64,000 nt of DNA. It comes from Verrucomicrobiota bacterium (GTDB lineage Bacteria; Verrucomicrobiota; Verrucomicrobiia; Palsa-1439). The position numbers were made by a program, and so were the translations under genes. Location: the NCBI GenBank assembly GCA_003152315.1, contig PLZV01000057.1:200065-264064 (forward strand), written 5' to 3'. The notes under the pieces are model-generated. The model made no database searches and was not told the DNA's origin. It was given only the letters and a program-made list of their open reading frames with translations. The first letter of the stretch is position 1. The number at the start of each line of letters is the position of its first letter. Below are positions 8,412 to 18,694 of this stretch, one piece after another.

Positions 8412-10643
8412 ATGAAGGACCCCATCTGCGGCATGGACGTCGAGCCCGCCACTGCCGCAGGGTCGCACGTTCACGACGGGCAGACCTACTACTTCTGCAG
8501 CGCGCATTGTCTCGCGGAATTCCGCGCCGATCCCACCCGATACATTCAACCGCATCCGTCTGTGCCGCTTCCTGCCGATATTTCCGCATGGTACACCTGC
8601 CCAATGCATCCCGAGATTCGGCAGCCCGGTCCGGGTGCCTGCCCGAAATGCGGCATGGCGTTGGAACCCGAAGTGGCGAGCGGTGCAGAAGTCGAGAACC
8701 CGGAATTGGGACAAATGACGCGCCGATTCTGGGTTAGCCTCGGACTGAGCGTTCCCACTCTCGTCATCGCGATGCTTGGCCTGAAAGGACTCGCGTGGCT
8801 GCAGTTGGCGCTGGCAACGCCCGTGGTGTTGTGGGGCGGTTGGCCATTCTTTCAGCGTGGCTGGGCGTCGATCGTTCATCGCAGCCTCAACATGTTTACG
8901 CTGATCGCCCTCGGCACGGGCGTGGCATACGTGTATAGCGTCGTTGCCACGCTTGCGCCGCGGATGTTTCCCGAATCATTTCGCGGCCACAACGGTGGAG
9001 TGTCGGTGTATTTTGAGGCCGCCGCGGTAATTACAACTCTCGTCTTGCTGGGGCAGGTGCTCGAACTGCGCGCCCGCAGCAAAACATCGAGCGCCATAAA
9101 GGCGTTACTCGGACTGGCGCCGAAAACAGCGCGTGTCATCCATGATGACGCCACGGAAGCGGACGTGCCGCTGGAGCAGGTCAAACCCGACGACCGACTT
9201 CGTGTGCGCCCCGGTGAACGCGTGCCCGTGGATGGTGTCGTCTTGGAAGGTGCGAGCGCGGTTGACGAGTCAATGATCACGGGCGAGCCGATACCCGTGG
9301 AAAAGAAAACTGGCGACCGTGTGACCGGCGGCACCGTCAACGCGACGGGCGGCTTCGTGATGCGCGCCGAGCGCGTTGGCAGCGACACGCTGCTCGCCCA
9401 AATCGTTCGCATGGTCAGCGAAGCCCAGCGGAGCCGCGCGCCAATCCAGCGGTTGGCCGACGTTGTGGCTTCCTGGTTTGTCCCGGTCGTCATTGCCGCG
9501 GCGGTGATCACGTTTGTTGTGTGGGCCTGGCTCGGACCCGAACCAAAGTTTGCCTACGCCATCGTCAACGCGGTGGCCGTGCTGATCATTGCCTGTCCGT
9601 GCGCGTTGGGCCTGGCAACACCCATGTCGATCATGGTAGGCACGGGCCGTGGCGCAAGGGCGGGTGTTCTCATCAAGAATGCCGAAGCCCTGGAGGTTCT
9701 TGAGAAAGTGGACACCCTGCTTGTGGATAAAACGGGCACGCTCACCGAGGGCAAACCGAAACTCGTCACGGTCGTTGGTGAAGACGAGTCGGAAATGCTC
9801 CGTTTGGCGGCGAGCCTGGAACGCGCCAGCGAGCATCCCCTCGCTGCGGCCATCAACGCGGGCGCGGAACAGCGCGGGCTGAAGCTGTCGAGCGTCAGCG
9901 ATTTCCATTCGCTCACCGGCAAAGGAGTTGCCGGGACCATTGATGGCCACAAGATCATGATCGGCAACCAGCAACTCGGTATCGATTCCGGCAAGTTTGA
10001 CCAACGGGCGGAAAGCCTCCGTCAGGATGGCCAGACCGTCGTATTCGTTGCGGTTGATGGCCAGGTGGCAGGGCTGCTCGGCGTGGCCGATCCGATCAAG
10101 GCATCCACATCCGAAGCGATCCGGCTCTTGCAGGAGGACGGGATCAAGATTGTCATGGTGACCGGCGACAGTCGGACGACAGCGGCTGCTGTCGCACGAA
10201 AGTTGGGGATTGATGAAGTAGAAGCCGAAGTGTTGCCCGACCGAAAGCGTGAGGTGGTGCAACGACTCCAGCAGCAGGGCCGCATTGTCGCCATGGCGGG
10301 CGACGGCGTCAATGATGCGCCCGCTCTCGCCCAGGCGCAGGTTGGCATCGCGATGGGAAGCGGGACGGATGTCGCGATGGAAAGCGCCGGGATCACGCTC
10401 GTCAAGGGTGACTTGCGCGGGATTGTGAAGGCGCGGCGATTGAGTCGCGCCACCATGCGCAACATACGACAGAACCTCTTCTTCGCGTTTGTCTACAATG
10501 TGCTGGGTGTTCCCCTCGCCGCAGGCGCGCTATTTCCCGTGTTCGGCTTGCTGCTGAATCCAATGATTGCCAGCGCGGCCATGAGTCTGAGTTCCGTGTC
10601 CGTGATCAGCAACGCGCTGCGATTGCGGAAGATGAGTCTCTAG
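8412..10643 (+). CDS. copA: Copper-translocating P1B-type ATPase with N-terminal YHS and HMBD metal-binding domains
   Basis: CPC transmembrane motif ([12 protein letters not shown]), DKTGTLT phosphorylation motif and [10 protein letters not shown] hinge. N-terminal DPICGMDV...YYFCSAHC is a YHS domain. YTCPMHPE...CPKCGM is an HMBD-type domain. No classical CxxC HMA motif. Confidence 0.9.
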   Translation: MKDPICGMDVEPATAAGSHVHDGQTYYFCSAHCLAEFRADPTRYIQPHPSVPLPADISAWYTCPMHPEIRQPGPGACPKCGMALEPEVASGAEVENPELGQMTRRFWVSLGLSVPTLVIAMLGLKGLAWLQLALATPVVLWGGWPFFQRGWASIVHRSLNMFTLIALGTGVAYVYSVVATLAPRMFPESFRGHNGGVSVYFEAAAVITTLVLLGQVLELRARSKTSSAIKALLGLAPKTARVIHDDATEADVPLEQVKPDDRLRVRPGERVPVDGVVLEGASAVDESMITGEPIPVEKKTGDRVTGGTVNATGGFVMRAERVGSDTLLAQIVRMVSEAQRSRAPIQRLADVVASWFVPVVIAAAVITFVVWAWLGPEPKFAYAIVNAVAVLIIACPCALGLATPMSIMVGTGRGARAGVLIKNAEALEVLEKVDTLLVDKTGTLTEGKPKLVTVVGEDESEMLRLAASLERASEHPLAAAINAGAEQRGLKLSSVSDFHSLTGKGVAGTIDGHKIMIGNQQLGIDSGKFDQRAESLRQDGQTVVFVAVDGQVAGLLGVADPIKASTSEAIRLLQEDGIKIVMVTGDSRTTAAAVARKLGIDEVEAEVLPDRKREVVQRLQQQGRIVAMAGDGVNDAPALAQAQVGIAMGSGTDVAMESAGITLVKGDLRGIVKARRLSRATMRNIRQNLFFAFVYNVLGVPLAAGALFPVFGLLLNPMIASAAMSLSSVSVISNALRLRKMSL

Positions 10644-12340
10644 AACGGATTCAGCAATTGCGGCGGGACATCGGGTGCGCGGGCCGTCGAGTTGGTTGGC
10701 GCTGATGTAGTCAACGCCGCCATCATCAGGTTCAACATCTTATCTGCGTCCACGAATCCAACCTGCCGCAAGTCGCCGCGCTCGTGTCCATCCGGCGAGA
10801 AGAACGTCGTGGTGGGCATGCCCACGATGGCATAGTCATGGACCAGTTTATCCACGGCCTCGGACCCCTGTTTGGTCAAATCGACCTTTACCATCACGAG
10901 TTCCTTCGCCTTTTCGACCACGTGTGGATCGGTGTAGGTCTTGCTGTCCATTTCGTGGCACGGAATACACCAGTCCGCATAAAAATCCAGGAGCACCGGT
11001 TTGCCGGTGTTCACGAGTAACTCGGCGGAATAAGGTTTCCAATCAATGGGCGACTTGGCGTTCGTCCTCGTGCCGAAGATCGGCTTCACGAACCACACCG
11101 CCACGCCCAGCAGGACAATGCCGAATACCTTCTTCACCGAAACCATCCAGGCCCCCGATTTTGGCAGTTTGGTGAGGAGGCCGGAAAACGCGCCCAGGAT
11201 CACGTACGGCAACCCGAGCCCACACGCCAGCGTGAAGAACATCCACCAACCCAACCAGGGATCGCCGCGTTGCGCGACGAAAACAAAGACGCCGACAATG
11301 ATCGGCCCGACACACGGGGCAGCAATAATCCCGACAGTCGCGCCGAGGAGAAATACGCCGAGTAACCCGGCCTTCGATGACAATCCCGCGGCCTTCTGGA
11401 CGAGAAACTGTGGCGGCTGGAGTTCGTACAGCCCAAACATGCTCAACGCCAGGGCGACCATCATCCCAGCCACGCCCACCAACACCCACGGGCTCTGCAG
11501 CGCCGCACCGAATAACCCGCCCGTCAACGCCGCAGCCAACCCCAACGAGGAATACGTCAGGACGATGCCAAGAAAATACGCGAGGGCATGCGTCAGCCGC
11601 TTCTCGCCGGAACCCCCAAAGAAACTGACCGTTATCGCGATCATTGGGAAAACGCACGGGGTAAGGTTAAGCGCCAGTCCACCGATGAACAAAAAGACGA
11701 AGGTGAGAAACCACCCGCGCTCGCGCACCCGGGTGTCGACCGAGTTCTCCGTCATGGCGTTCCCTGTCGCCGCCGGTTTCGCCAACGGCGCCGCTTCGGT
11801 AACCGCGCCGAAGATATCGGGATGGACCGGCTGCGGCTTTTGCGGCGCGGAAACGATTTCGGTCTCAATGACGACGGGGATCGTCTTCGGCGCAATGCAG
11901 ACCTGATCGTTGCAGGCTTGGTAGCGCAATGAGCCTTCGAGTTTCACGGGCCCGGGCTGGGCCGCGGCGTTGACGTGTCCCTCGGCGAAAATAATCGTGT
12001 GACCCGCGTAGAGCGAGACTGGTCCGTCCGACCACGACACCTTCGTCGTTACACCTTTCGGGTAAACGATGCGGTCGATGACGATGGACGCAGTCGACGG
12101 AAGCGTGAGCGTGGTCGGGATCAGCCCTTCGGCATTCGCGGGATTGGCGTTGATGTGCCAATGCTCGGCGACATCGATGACGACCGCGACACGGAAAGGC
12201 GCGTCCGCTGCAAGTTTATCGACCGACAGAATCGCTGTGACCCTGGCCTCGCCTTGCGGCGCCCCCACTTGCCCTTCGACGGCCAGCGGCGTCAGCAAGA
12301 CCAGCGCGAGCGCGATCGAGGATGGTCGGAAACGACTCAT
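10640..12340 (-). CDS. dsbD: Thiol:disulfide interchange protein DsbD (CcdA-type membrane core plus C-terminal thioredoxin domain)
   Basis: 566 aa. N-terminal periplasmic domain, then a CcdA-like core with paired Cys motifs (TPCVFPM, APCVGP), then a C-terminal WCIPC thioredoxin motif. Its start overlaps the copA stop region on the opposite strand. Confidence 0.85.
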   Translation of the reverse strand: MSRFRPSSIALALVLLTPLAVEGQVGAPQGEARVTAILSVDKLAADAPFRVAVVIDVAEHWHINANPANAEGLIPTTLTLPSTASIVIDRIVYPKGVTTKVSWSDGPVSLYAGHTIIFAEGHVNAAAQPGPVKLEGSLRYQACNDQVCIAPKTIPVVIETEIVSAPQKPQPVHPDIFGAVTEAAPLAKPAATGNAMTENSVDTRVRERGWFLTFVFLFIGGLALNLTPCVFPMIAITVSFFGGSGEKRLTHALAYFLGIVLTYSSLGLAAALTGGLFGAALQSPWVLVGVAGMMVALALSMFGLYELQPPQFLVQKAAGLSSKAGLLGVFLLGATVGIIAAPCVGPIIVGVFVFVAQRGDPWLGWWMFFTLACGLGLPYVILGAFSGLLTKLPKSGAWMVSVKKVFGIVLLGVAVWFVKPIFGTRTNAKSPIDWKPYSAELLVNTGKPVLLDFYADWCIPCHEMDSKTYTDPHVVEKAKELVMVKVDLTKQGSEAVDKLVHDYAIVGMPTTTFFSPDGHERGDLRQVGFVDADKMLNLMMAALTTSAPTNSTARAPDVPPQLLNPF

Positions 12341-12879
12341 TGCTTAAAGATGGCTCTCAGGTCGGCTTGGAGAACATTCGCTTCGGTGACACCGACGTAT
12401 TTCTGGATAATGTTTTGGTTCTTGTCGATGACAAACAGGGTGGGAATGGCGGTCAGGCCGCCGAAGGCTTGAATGGTGTCGTAGTCGGGCGGGTATAACG
12501 GGAAACCCAATCCCTGCTCTTCGGCAAAGCTCTTCATCCGCTGGGCGCCGGGCTGTTCAAGGACGAGGCCCAGCACCGCCAGGTTCGTCTCGCTGTATTC
12601 CTTGAGCAGGTCGTTCAAGATGAGCGCCTGTCTCTCGCTGGGTTTGTCCCCGGTGGCAAAAAAGCAGACAATCAGCGCCTTCCCTTTGAAGTCGGCGAGC
12701 TTGACGAATTGACCCCGTCCGATCTTTAACGAGAAGGAGGGGGCGGCTGTTGCCGTGCGGGCGTCGTTCGTTGCGCCGAATGCGCGACTCAGCAGCACGA
12801 TCACCACCAACAACACAACGCAGCCCACCGCCAGCGAAATCGTCAGACGGCTCGGCCCCGCATTTGGTTTGGCATTCAT
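12337..12879 (-). CDS. TlpA/ResA-like membrane-anchored thioredoxin (redoxin family)
   Basis: In-frame ATG at 12877-12879 gives MNAKPN followed by a TM anchor. The redoxin fold has a degenerate active-site region. A 4-bp ATGA overlap with dsbD suggests an operon. Confidence 0.7.
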   Translation of the reverse strand: MNAKPNAGPSRLTISLAVGCVVLLVVIVLLSRAFGATNDARTATAAPSFSLKIGRGQFVKLADFKGKALIVCFFATGDKPSERQALILNDLLKEYSETNLAVLGLVLEQPGAQRMKSFAEEQGLGFPLYPPDYDTIQAFGGLTAIPTLFVIDKNQNIIQKYVGVTEANVLQADLRAIFKQ

Positions 12880-13083
12880 TTTTTGGGTTTTCGATACTTC
12901 CTTAATAACCCCAACTGAGAGGACGGTTCCGACCACACTATTACTAAACTCCTCCCCCGTGCGCAAGCGCGGCCTTCCGCCGAGCCAACCGACCGGGGCG
13001 CGCTTGCCGTATACCGCTCCTAATGCAAGTAATACCCCGAAAAGTGGTCTCGGCGGTGCCAAAACCCATCATAAACCCCCCGA

Positions 13084-13118
13084 AATTGGGTTCGTTTTTC
13101 CAAAACGAACCCATTTGC
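13084..13118. repeat. Palindromic pair of the recurring 10-mer GGGTTCGTTT / AAACGAACCC (5-bp spacer)
   Basis: aaatTGGGTTCGTTTttccaAAACGAACCCattt. A third copy lies at 13190-13201. Confidence 0.6.
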
Positions 13119-13453
13119 AAACGTCGCTGCAAACGGCACAAGTTATTTTCGATAAAGGTGATACATCGAAAAGTACGCGAAAACAAAATGGGTTCGTTTC
13201 GTAGAATGGCACATTTCTTTCAAGCATACCTCCGCTGAAGGCGGCCGCGTCCGCCATCGCTCCCCGACCTATGGCAGATACCGCAACTCCTTTTCGGGAT
13301 TTACTATTCATCCATTTCCCCGACCATACCCCATCCTGCACCCCATGTCCAGCCAAATTATCGGTTTACGATTTACGTCCAGTCTGCTGATAAGAAAGCC
13401 TTGTTGAGGCGTTTTGGTGTCGCGGGAAAGTCCTTATTTGCCGCGAGGACGAT

Positions 13454-13921
13454 TCATGGATGAACCTGTTCACCAACTGACTTGAACTGACGAATAGTCG
13501 GATTTGCCCGCTTGCGTTTTCCGATAATTGGTTTCAACCGGCTAAACTCAGCTTTCCACACCCCGATGAGGTTGTATTCCTTACTTAAAACTCCGAGAAG
13601 CACGTAGTCACATTCATGGTCAGAGAATCTGCTCAAACTCCCGCTATTCTTTGGCAATTCACCGTTTTCGCCACGGCGTGTTTTTATCTGAACACATCGG
13701 CCTTTCGCGTCGACGGCGTCAAAGCCCTCGGAGCGGGGGTCTTCTACCATCTTCAATCCAAGTGCTCGACAGACGAAAATCTCTCCAATTTCTCCGGTGA
13801 TGCCGAATTTACGCCCGCAGTTCGTGGCGCGTTGATAAACCAGTTCAGCCTTTATCGCGCTGGCCGCTGCATCCATGATGGCATCAGACACAACGAGGGT
13901 TTTGGTTTCGTGATGTTTCAT
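13454..13921 (-). CDS. Hypothetical protein with PD-(D/E)xK-like nuclease motif
   Basis: The start at 13919-13921 is preferred because it has an AGGCGGAG RBS. The protein carries the segments GFDAVDA...VQIKTR. It lies in an AT-rich islet. The assignment is weak. Confidence 0.35.
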   Translation of the reverse strand: MKHHETKTLVVSDAIMDAAASAIKAELVYQRATNCGRKFGITGEIGEIFVCRALGLKMVEDPRSEGFDAVDAKGRCVQIKTRRGENGELPKNSGSLSRFSDHECDYVLLGVLSKEYNLIGVWKAEFSRLKPIIGKRKRANPTIRQFKSVGEQVHP

Positions 13922-14161
13922 CTTGAATACTCCGCCTGGTTTTGATGCGCGCATAGCGTTGAATTAAAGCGGGACCAGTTTGAAGCGAGCGTAGGGTGCA
14001 GAGATGTGGAGCCGCAGCGGGAATCCGGGCTGGCCGGCGCGTATAGGAGCGGCGACACGAACAGCGACGGAACGCATGGTAGAGGCGTTTTGATGTCGTG
14101 ACGGGGGGAACTCGTGAGCAAATTATTCTGCATTTGATTTTGCACTTCGCACCGATTTATT

Positions 14162-15139
14162 TCAGCCCGTACGGATGCCATGCTCTACGATCAATTTTGC
14201 GAATTGTTCTCCATCCACAAGTTCAATACGGAGTCCCTTTTCCTCAAAGTATTGTTCGGCGGCTTGTACAGCATCTTCACCGATTGAACCAGAGGTGACT
14301 ACCATTCCCAATGTGGCTGACACGGCCTCCATGCCACCAATCAATTGCTGAACGACATCGCGCCCAACCGGCGGCTCGGGACGCCAGTGCTTTGCTTGAA
14401 CGGCTATAATCTGTTGAAACGTACCCGCGACACGAAATGTGGCAACGAGGTCAGCACCTTTGTCCTGACTTCGGGGAATGATTTGCACTTCCTCTGCACC
14501 TAACCCAAGCAGAACCGTCTGGATGAGTCGTTCAAACCCGAAACTCTCCATGCGCCCTCCCTGCAACTCAGAGAGCACTTCACGAATTAAACGGGATTGC
14601 AGATCACTCTCAAATTTGGGTGCCTGCCCTTTTCCTGCCACGGCCAAACATTCTTGGATTTCTCCAAGTAAATCAGTTGCAGTGGCAGAAGTTCCCTGGG
14701 TCTTCATCCGCGAAATGAGTGCGGAGCGGGCGATTTGACGCGGGATTGGCTTTTTCTTGTTTAGCCATTCAACGACACGGCGATAAGATGAATCATCGTC
14801 GGCCTTTGCAGAATTGTAGGTTGCTGGTCCGGTGATTTTCGCCACATAGAATTCGCTGCCATACGGAACAACAACAAGGTCATCGGGTTTCATCTCTCGT
14901 ATGAAACGCCACATGTTGCCAGCCGCGGCACCGGCTTTTCGCCGTGTGGGTTCCTCCGAGTAGTAGGTTTTGTCGAGAATTTCTCGAAACTGTATCCAGT
15001 CTAGTTTGGGGTCAAGCAACCCTTTGGCGTAAGCCCATCCAATAATAATTTGATCCTCGTGTAGGGCTTCGGGGACTTTGTCAATTCCGCTGGGTGCAAT
15101 TCGTAAGACAAATGCGGACTGTTCCTTTGTCTGGTTCAT
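14162..15139 (-). CDS. mrr: Mrr-family (type IV-like) restriction endonuclease
   Basis: 325 aa. The C-terminal Mrr_cat-like block reads DKGADLVATF...AVQAKHWR...VGRDVVQQLIGGM...MVVTSGSIGEDAVQ...LVDGEQFAKLIVEHGI. It sits in an AT-rich islet. Confidence 0.65.
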   Translation of the reverse strand: MNQTKEQSAFVLRIAPSGIDKVPEALHEDQIIIGWAYAKGLLDPKLDWIQFREILDKTYYSEEPTRRKAGAAAGNMWRFIREMKPDDLVVVPYGSEFYVAKITGPATYNSAKADDDSSYRRVVEWLNKKKPIPRQIARSALISRMKTQGTSATATDLLGEIQECLAVAGKGQAPKFESDLQSRLIREVLSELQGGRMESFGFERLIQTVLLGLGAEEVQIIPRSQDKGADLVATFRVAGTFQQIIAVQAKHWRPEPPVGRDVVQQLIGGMEAVSATLGMVVTSGSIGEDAVQAAEQYFEEKGLRIELVDGEQFAKLIVEHGIRTG

Positions 15140-15339
15140 ATCCTCAATTTTGTTCCCGATTCTCTCGGTTGTCGAGCAACGGAATTATGAACCTAAGAGG
15201 TTCAGACATTGGGTTTTGATAGTGCCGTCGAAAGGGTCTAATCATTGATACATTTGAAACATCATAGTCTTGGGTCAGAATCCTTTGCGCTGACCGTACC
15301 TTGACACTCCACTATCACCGGTATAGCCTTTACCTACTG

Positions 15340-15711
15340 ATGCGTATGCCTTTGAGACTGGTGACTGCGCTGGTGGTGATTTCCTTCATGGGTAGCTTGT
15401 TGGTTCGTGGCGAACCGGGTGAAGGGACCACGGCGTCGTGTCGTAATACGCAACTGCAACCGATCAGTTGCTGCCCGTCGGTGCATTGCCACTGTTGCTT
15501 GTCCGTGCCGGTTCAACCCGCTCCGAATTCCACGCCCGCCCGCGCCACCACTATCACAGGCCACGAGATCGTGAAAGTCGTGTCGCTTCCCGTGGACGCT
15601 AGGTTCCTCGCGAACGGCGAATATCTCAACCTGCGCACGACCGCGAGGGCCGACACCTCAATGTCCAGCGCCTCCGGCTCTTATCTCTTGACGCATGCCT
15701 TTCTGATCTGA
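15340..15711 (+). CDS. Putative small secreted Cys-rich protein (very uncertain)
   Basis: ATG at 15340 gives the signal-like MRMPLRLVTALVVISFMGSLLV, then the Cys cluster CCPSVHCHCC. It lies directly upstream of the ECF sigma gene. No homology recognised. Confidence 0.25.
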   Translation: MRMPLRLVTALVVISFMGSLLVRGEPGEGTTASCRNTQLQPISCCPSVHCHCCLSVPVQPAPNSTPARATTITGHEIVKVVSLPVDARFLANGEYLNLRTTARADTSMSSASGSYLLTHAFLI

Positions 15712-15760
15712 GACCTGATACCATACCGGTGGTGTCTCTTTCGTCCGTCTCCGATCAGTC

Positions 15761-16312
15761 ATGCAATTACACGAACAACCAGATTCCGAAGTCGTCCGGC
15801 AAATTCAGTCGGGTGACGATTCCGCATTTGACGAATTGATGGGGCGCTATAAACGGCCCGTCGTGAACTTCGTTTTCCGCATGCTCGGCAACGCGGATGA
15901 CGCCGACGATGTGGCGCAGGAAGTGTTCGTGCGCGTTTACCAGAAGCTCGACACCTACCGACCCGAGACAAAGTTCTCCACGTGGCTCTTTGCGTTGGCC
16001 CGCAACGCCGCGATCGACCGTTTGCGCTGGCGCAAGCGACATCCCACCGAGTCGATCGATCCGGATTCACCACTGGTGGCCGCAACGGATACCGCGCAGG
16101 AAGTCGACGCCCGTGAGCTTGGCGAGTTGATTGCCGCGGCAGTAAGTGAACTTCCGGAAGATCAACGGACCGTCCTGGTGCTCGCCGAGTACCAAGGAAT
16201 GTCGCATGCGGAAATCGGCGCGGTCATGCGCTGTTCGGAGAAATCGGTGGAGGCGCGTCTCTATCGCGCCAAACAAACGCTGCGGAGAGGGTTGCGTCCC
16301 CTCTTGGAATGA
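15761..16312 (+). CDS. ECF-subfamily RNA polymerase sigma-70 factor
   Basis: 183 aa. Region 2 (DDADDVAQEVFVRVY..F.TWLFALARN) and region 4 (VLVLAEYQGMSHAEIGAVMRCSEKSVEARLYRAKQ) are present. Confidence 0.85.
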   Translation: MQLHEQPDSEVVRQIQSGDDSAFDELMGRYKRPVVNFVFRMLGNADDADDVAQEVFVRVYQKLDTYRPETKFSTWLFALARNAAIDRLRWRKRHPTESIDPDSPLVAATDTAQEVDARELGELIAAAVSELPEDQRTVLVLAEYQGMSHAEIGAVMRCSEKSVEARLYRAKQTLRRGLRPLLE

Positions 16313-16579
16313 CGTGCGAGTGTAGCGCTTTAACCACGCTGACTGATTCAGTACAGCGCGCTTCCGAATCCGGGCGTCAGCGAGAAAATCTTGACGTGAC
16401 GGAATCATTTGCGCATGCGGTAGTTGCGGGATATTCACGCAAGCGTCGCGAGGTTGGCACGGCGGATGTTAATGCTCTGTCAACCGCGCGCGATGGTGCG
16501 CGACACCGAAGTGGAAGCAGTCGGTGTCGCCCCTCACCAACACCTTCGCCAAAGGCCTACCTTATCCCGTCGGAAGCTG

Positions 16580-16613
16580 AAAGCCCTCGTTGGAAACAAC
16601 GAGGGCTTTTTTT
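16580..16613 (+). terminator. Rho-independent terminator-like hairpin with T-run
   Basis: AAGCCCTCGTTG-GAAA-CAACGAGGGCTT followed by TTTTTT. It lies 270 bp after the ECF sigma stop and 20 bp before the anti-sigma start. Confidence 0.6.
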
Positions 16614-16632
16614 GCCGCCAACGTATTATTAG

Positions 16633-16971
16633 GTGATGAACCAAAATGACGACAGATTAAGTGCGCTCTTGAAGCGATGGCGCGATATCGAGCCACGAGG
16701 CAATTTCGAGGCCAACGTCTGGCGCCAGATCCGAATCGCCGCCGCGCCAGCGGTCGATACGGTCAACTGGATTGATCTAATCGGGCGCTTATTGTGGCAG
16801 CCCGCCTGGTCAGTTGTCGCAGCGATGGTGGTTGCGCTGATCGTCGGCGTCTGGGGCGGCATTGCCTCGGTTCCCCGGCAAACCGACAGGCCGACAGCGG
16901 AACTCCAATTCCTTTCCCCGGGTACGCTGGCGGGCAGCTACGCACAAATGCCAGCGAAGGTGACGAAATGA
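16633..16971 (+). CDS. Putative membrane anti-sigma factor for the adjacent ECF sigma
   Basis: 112 aa. The N-terminal LSALLKRWRDIEP motif is common in short anti-sigmas. A single TM segment follows (AWSVVAAMVVALIVGVWGGIA). Confidence 0.5.
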   Translation: MMNQNDDRLSALLKRWRDIEPRGNFEANVWRQIRIAAAPAVDTVNWIDLIGRLLWQPAWSVVAAMVVALIVGVWGGIASVPRQTDRPTAELQFLSPGTLAGSYAQMPAKVTK

Positions 16972-17435
16972 AGAAGACATTGATGGCCCTGGCGGTTTTG
17001 ACGCTCCTCGTCACCGCGGTTTCCTTCGGTGTGGCGCGCTGGTCAGTCCACTGCGCCATGGCCGCGCCAACCGTGAATCTGAACGATACGGCGTGGCTCA
17101 AGCACGAGCTGAACCTGACGGACGCGCAAACCGCCGAGGTCGGGAAACTCGAGAAGAATTACAACACGAGAATCGGGAATTGCTGCGACAAGCATTGCGA
17201 CGCGCGTCTCGCCCTGAGCAAAGAGCTGGAAAAATCGCCGGTCGATCTCCCCAAAGTCAACGCCTGCGTTGACCAAATGACCGCCGCGCAGGCCGAGTCG
17301 GAACACGCCACGCTCGATCACATTCTGGGAATTCGCGCCTTGCTGACGCCGGAACAGCAACAGCGCTATGCAAAACTTGTCAGCCAACAAGTCTGTAACG
17401 CCTGCCCAATCGATATGTCCCACAAGGCGCAATGA
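16968..17435 (+). CDS. Periplasmic CpxP/Spy/ZraP-like (LTxxQ-motif) stress or metal-sensor protein
   Basis: ATGA overlap with the anti-sigma stop. It has a signal peptide and LTDAQ and LTPEQ motifs. The family is often linked to metal-responsive envelope stress. Confidence 0.5.
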   Translation: MKKTLMALAVLTLLVTAVSFGVARWSVHCAMAAPTVNLNDTAWLKHELNLTDAQTAEVGKLEKNYNTRIGNCCDKHCDARLALSKELEKSPVDLPKVNACVDQMTAAQAESEHATLDHILGIRALLTPEQQQRYAKLVSQQVCNACPIDMSHKAQ

Positions 17436-18694
17436 AACCAATCATTGTCGCCATTCTCCTGGCAGTTGTAACCGCCACGGCCCGCGCCCAGGTGAGTAAT
17501 TCGTTGCAAGCCTGCATCGACACCGCGCTGGCCAATAATCCGGAGATCGCGGCCTCGCAGCGGAAGTGGGAAGCCGCGCGTCAGAAAATCCCACAAGCCC
17601 GCGCGCTGGATGATCCGATGATCGGCGTGATTGTCGATCGCGTGGAGACGAAGCGCTTCGATACGTTCGACGAGAATGAGTGGATGATTTCGCAGACTGT
17701 CCCGTGGTTCGGCAAGCGCGATTTACGCGGCGGCGTCGAGGCCGGCGCAGCAACACGGGCGGAGATGGATTGGCGGATGAAAAAGTTGGATGTCGTCGCG
17801 ATGGTCAAACAGGCCTACTACGATCTTTGGCAGGCCCAGCGTGAATTGGAAGTAAACGAGCGCAACCAGGAATTGTTGCGGCAGTTTGTGGAAGCGGCGC
17901 GGACGCGCTACGAGACCGGCAGCGGCACGCAGTCCGATCTCATCCGTGCGCAGAACGAATTGGCCAAGCTGGCCGAGGACCGTGTCGATCGCGTGCGCAC
18001 GCAACAACAGGCGCTGGCGGATTTGAACCAACTGCTGCGGCGTCCGCCGGAGACGCCCGTGGATATTGGCCCCGAAGTCACCGCGCCCGTCGTGGAGTTG
18101 GGCATAACCCTGGAACAACTCCAGGCGGCGGCGGAGGATCGGCCGGAATTACTTGGGGCACGTGAAGGCGCCGTCCGAAGCGCCACGGCAGCACTGGCGT
18201 TGGCGAAGAAGGGCTACTATCCCGATGTCCAGTTTCGGTTTGAAGCGCGGCAGTATAGCGGCGCGAGCGGCATCCAGGAATATGACACGGGTGTGTTCAT
18301 CAATTTCCCATGGCTTAACCACGGCAAGTACAAAGCCGCGGTCGCCGAGGCGCGAGCCAACCTCGACGCCAGCCGTGATGATTTGGACGCGATGCGCGTG
18401 CGCACCGCCTCCGAGGTAAGGAAATTATACGATGGCGTGCATACGATGCATCATCACTATGACCTGTACACAGAAAGACTGATCCCGCAGCAACGGCTCG
18501 CCGTCGAGTCCGCGCGCGCGGCGTACGAGACCGGTGCCGGCGGGTTCCTGGACTTGCTGGATGCAGACCGCATGCTGTTTGATTTGGAAATGCAGAACTT
18601 GCATCATGCCGCGGAGTTTCAGCGGCTCCTGGCCTCGTTGGAACGGACGGCCGGCGGTCGATTGTCATTGCCGCTGGTAGAGGAGAAAAAATGA
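17432..18694 (+). CDS. cusC: TolC-family outer-membrane efflux protein (CusC-like)
   Basis: 420 aa with a signal peptide and two OEP repeat halves. It is translationally coupled to the previous gene (ATGA) and to cusB. Confidence 0.8.
   Translation: MKPIIVAILLAVVTATARAQVSNSLQACIDTALANNPEIAASQRKWEAARQKIPQARALDDPMIGVIVDRVETKRFDTFDENEWMISQTVPWFGKRDLRGGVEAGAATRAEMDWRMKKLDVVAMVKQAYYDLWQAQRELEVNERNQELLRQFVEAARTRYETGSGTQSDLIRAQNELAKLAEDRVDRVRTQQQALADLNQLLRRPPETPVDIGPEVTAPVVELGITLEQLQAAAEDRPELLGAREGAVRSATAALALAKKGYYPDVQFRFEARQYSGASGIQEYDTGVFINFPWLNHGKYKAAVAEARANLDASRDDLDAMRVRTASEVRKLYDGVHTMHHHYDLYTERLIPQQRLAVESARAAYETGAGGFLDLLDADRMLFDLEMQNLHHAAEFQRLLASLERTAGGRLSLPLVEEKK

Noticed and set aside
9270-10262. 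330-aa minus-strand ORF inside copA
   Set aside because: It is antisense to the P-type ATPase catalytic region and has no motifs.
16309-16632. 107-aa + ORF filling the sigma/anti-sigma spacer
   Set aside because: It is Arg/Ser-rich with no RBS and no motif. The region is better explained as a UTR or terminator region. It is kept only as a possible sRNA locus.
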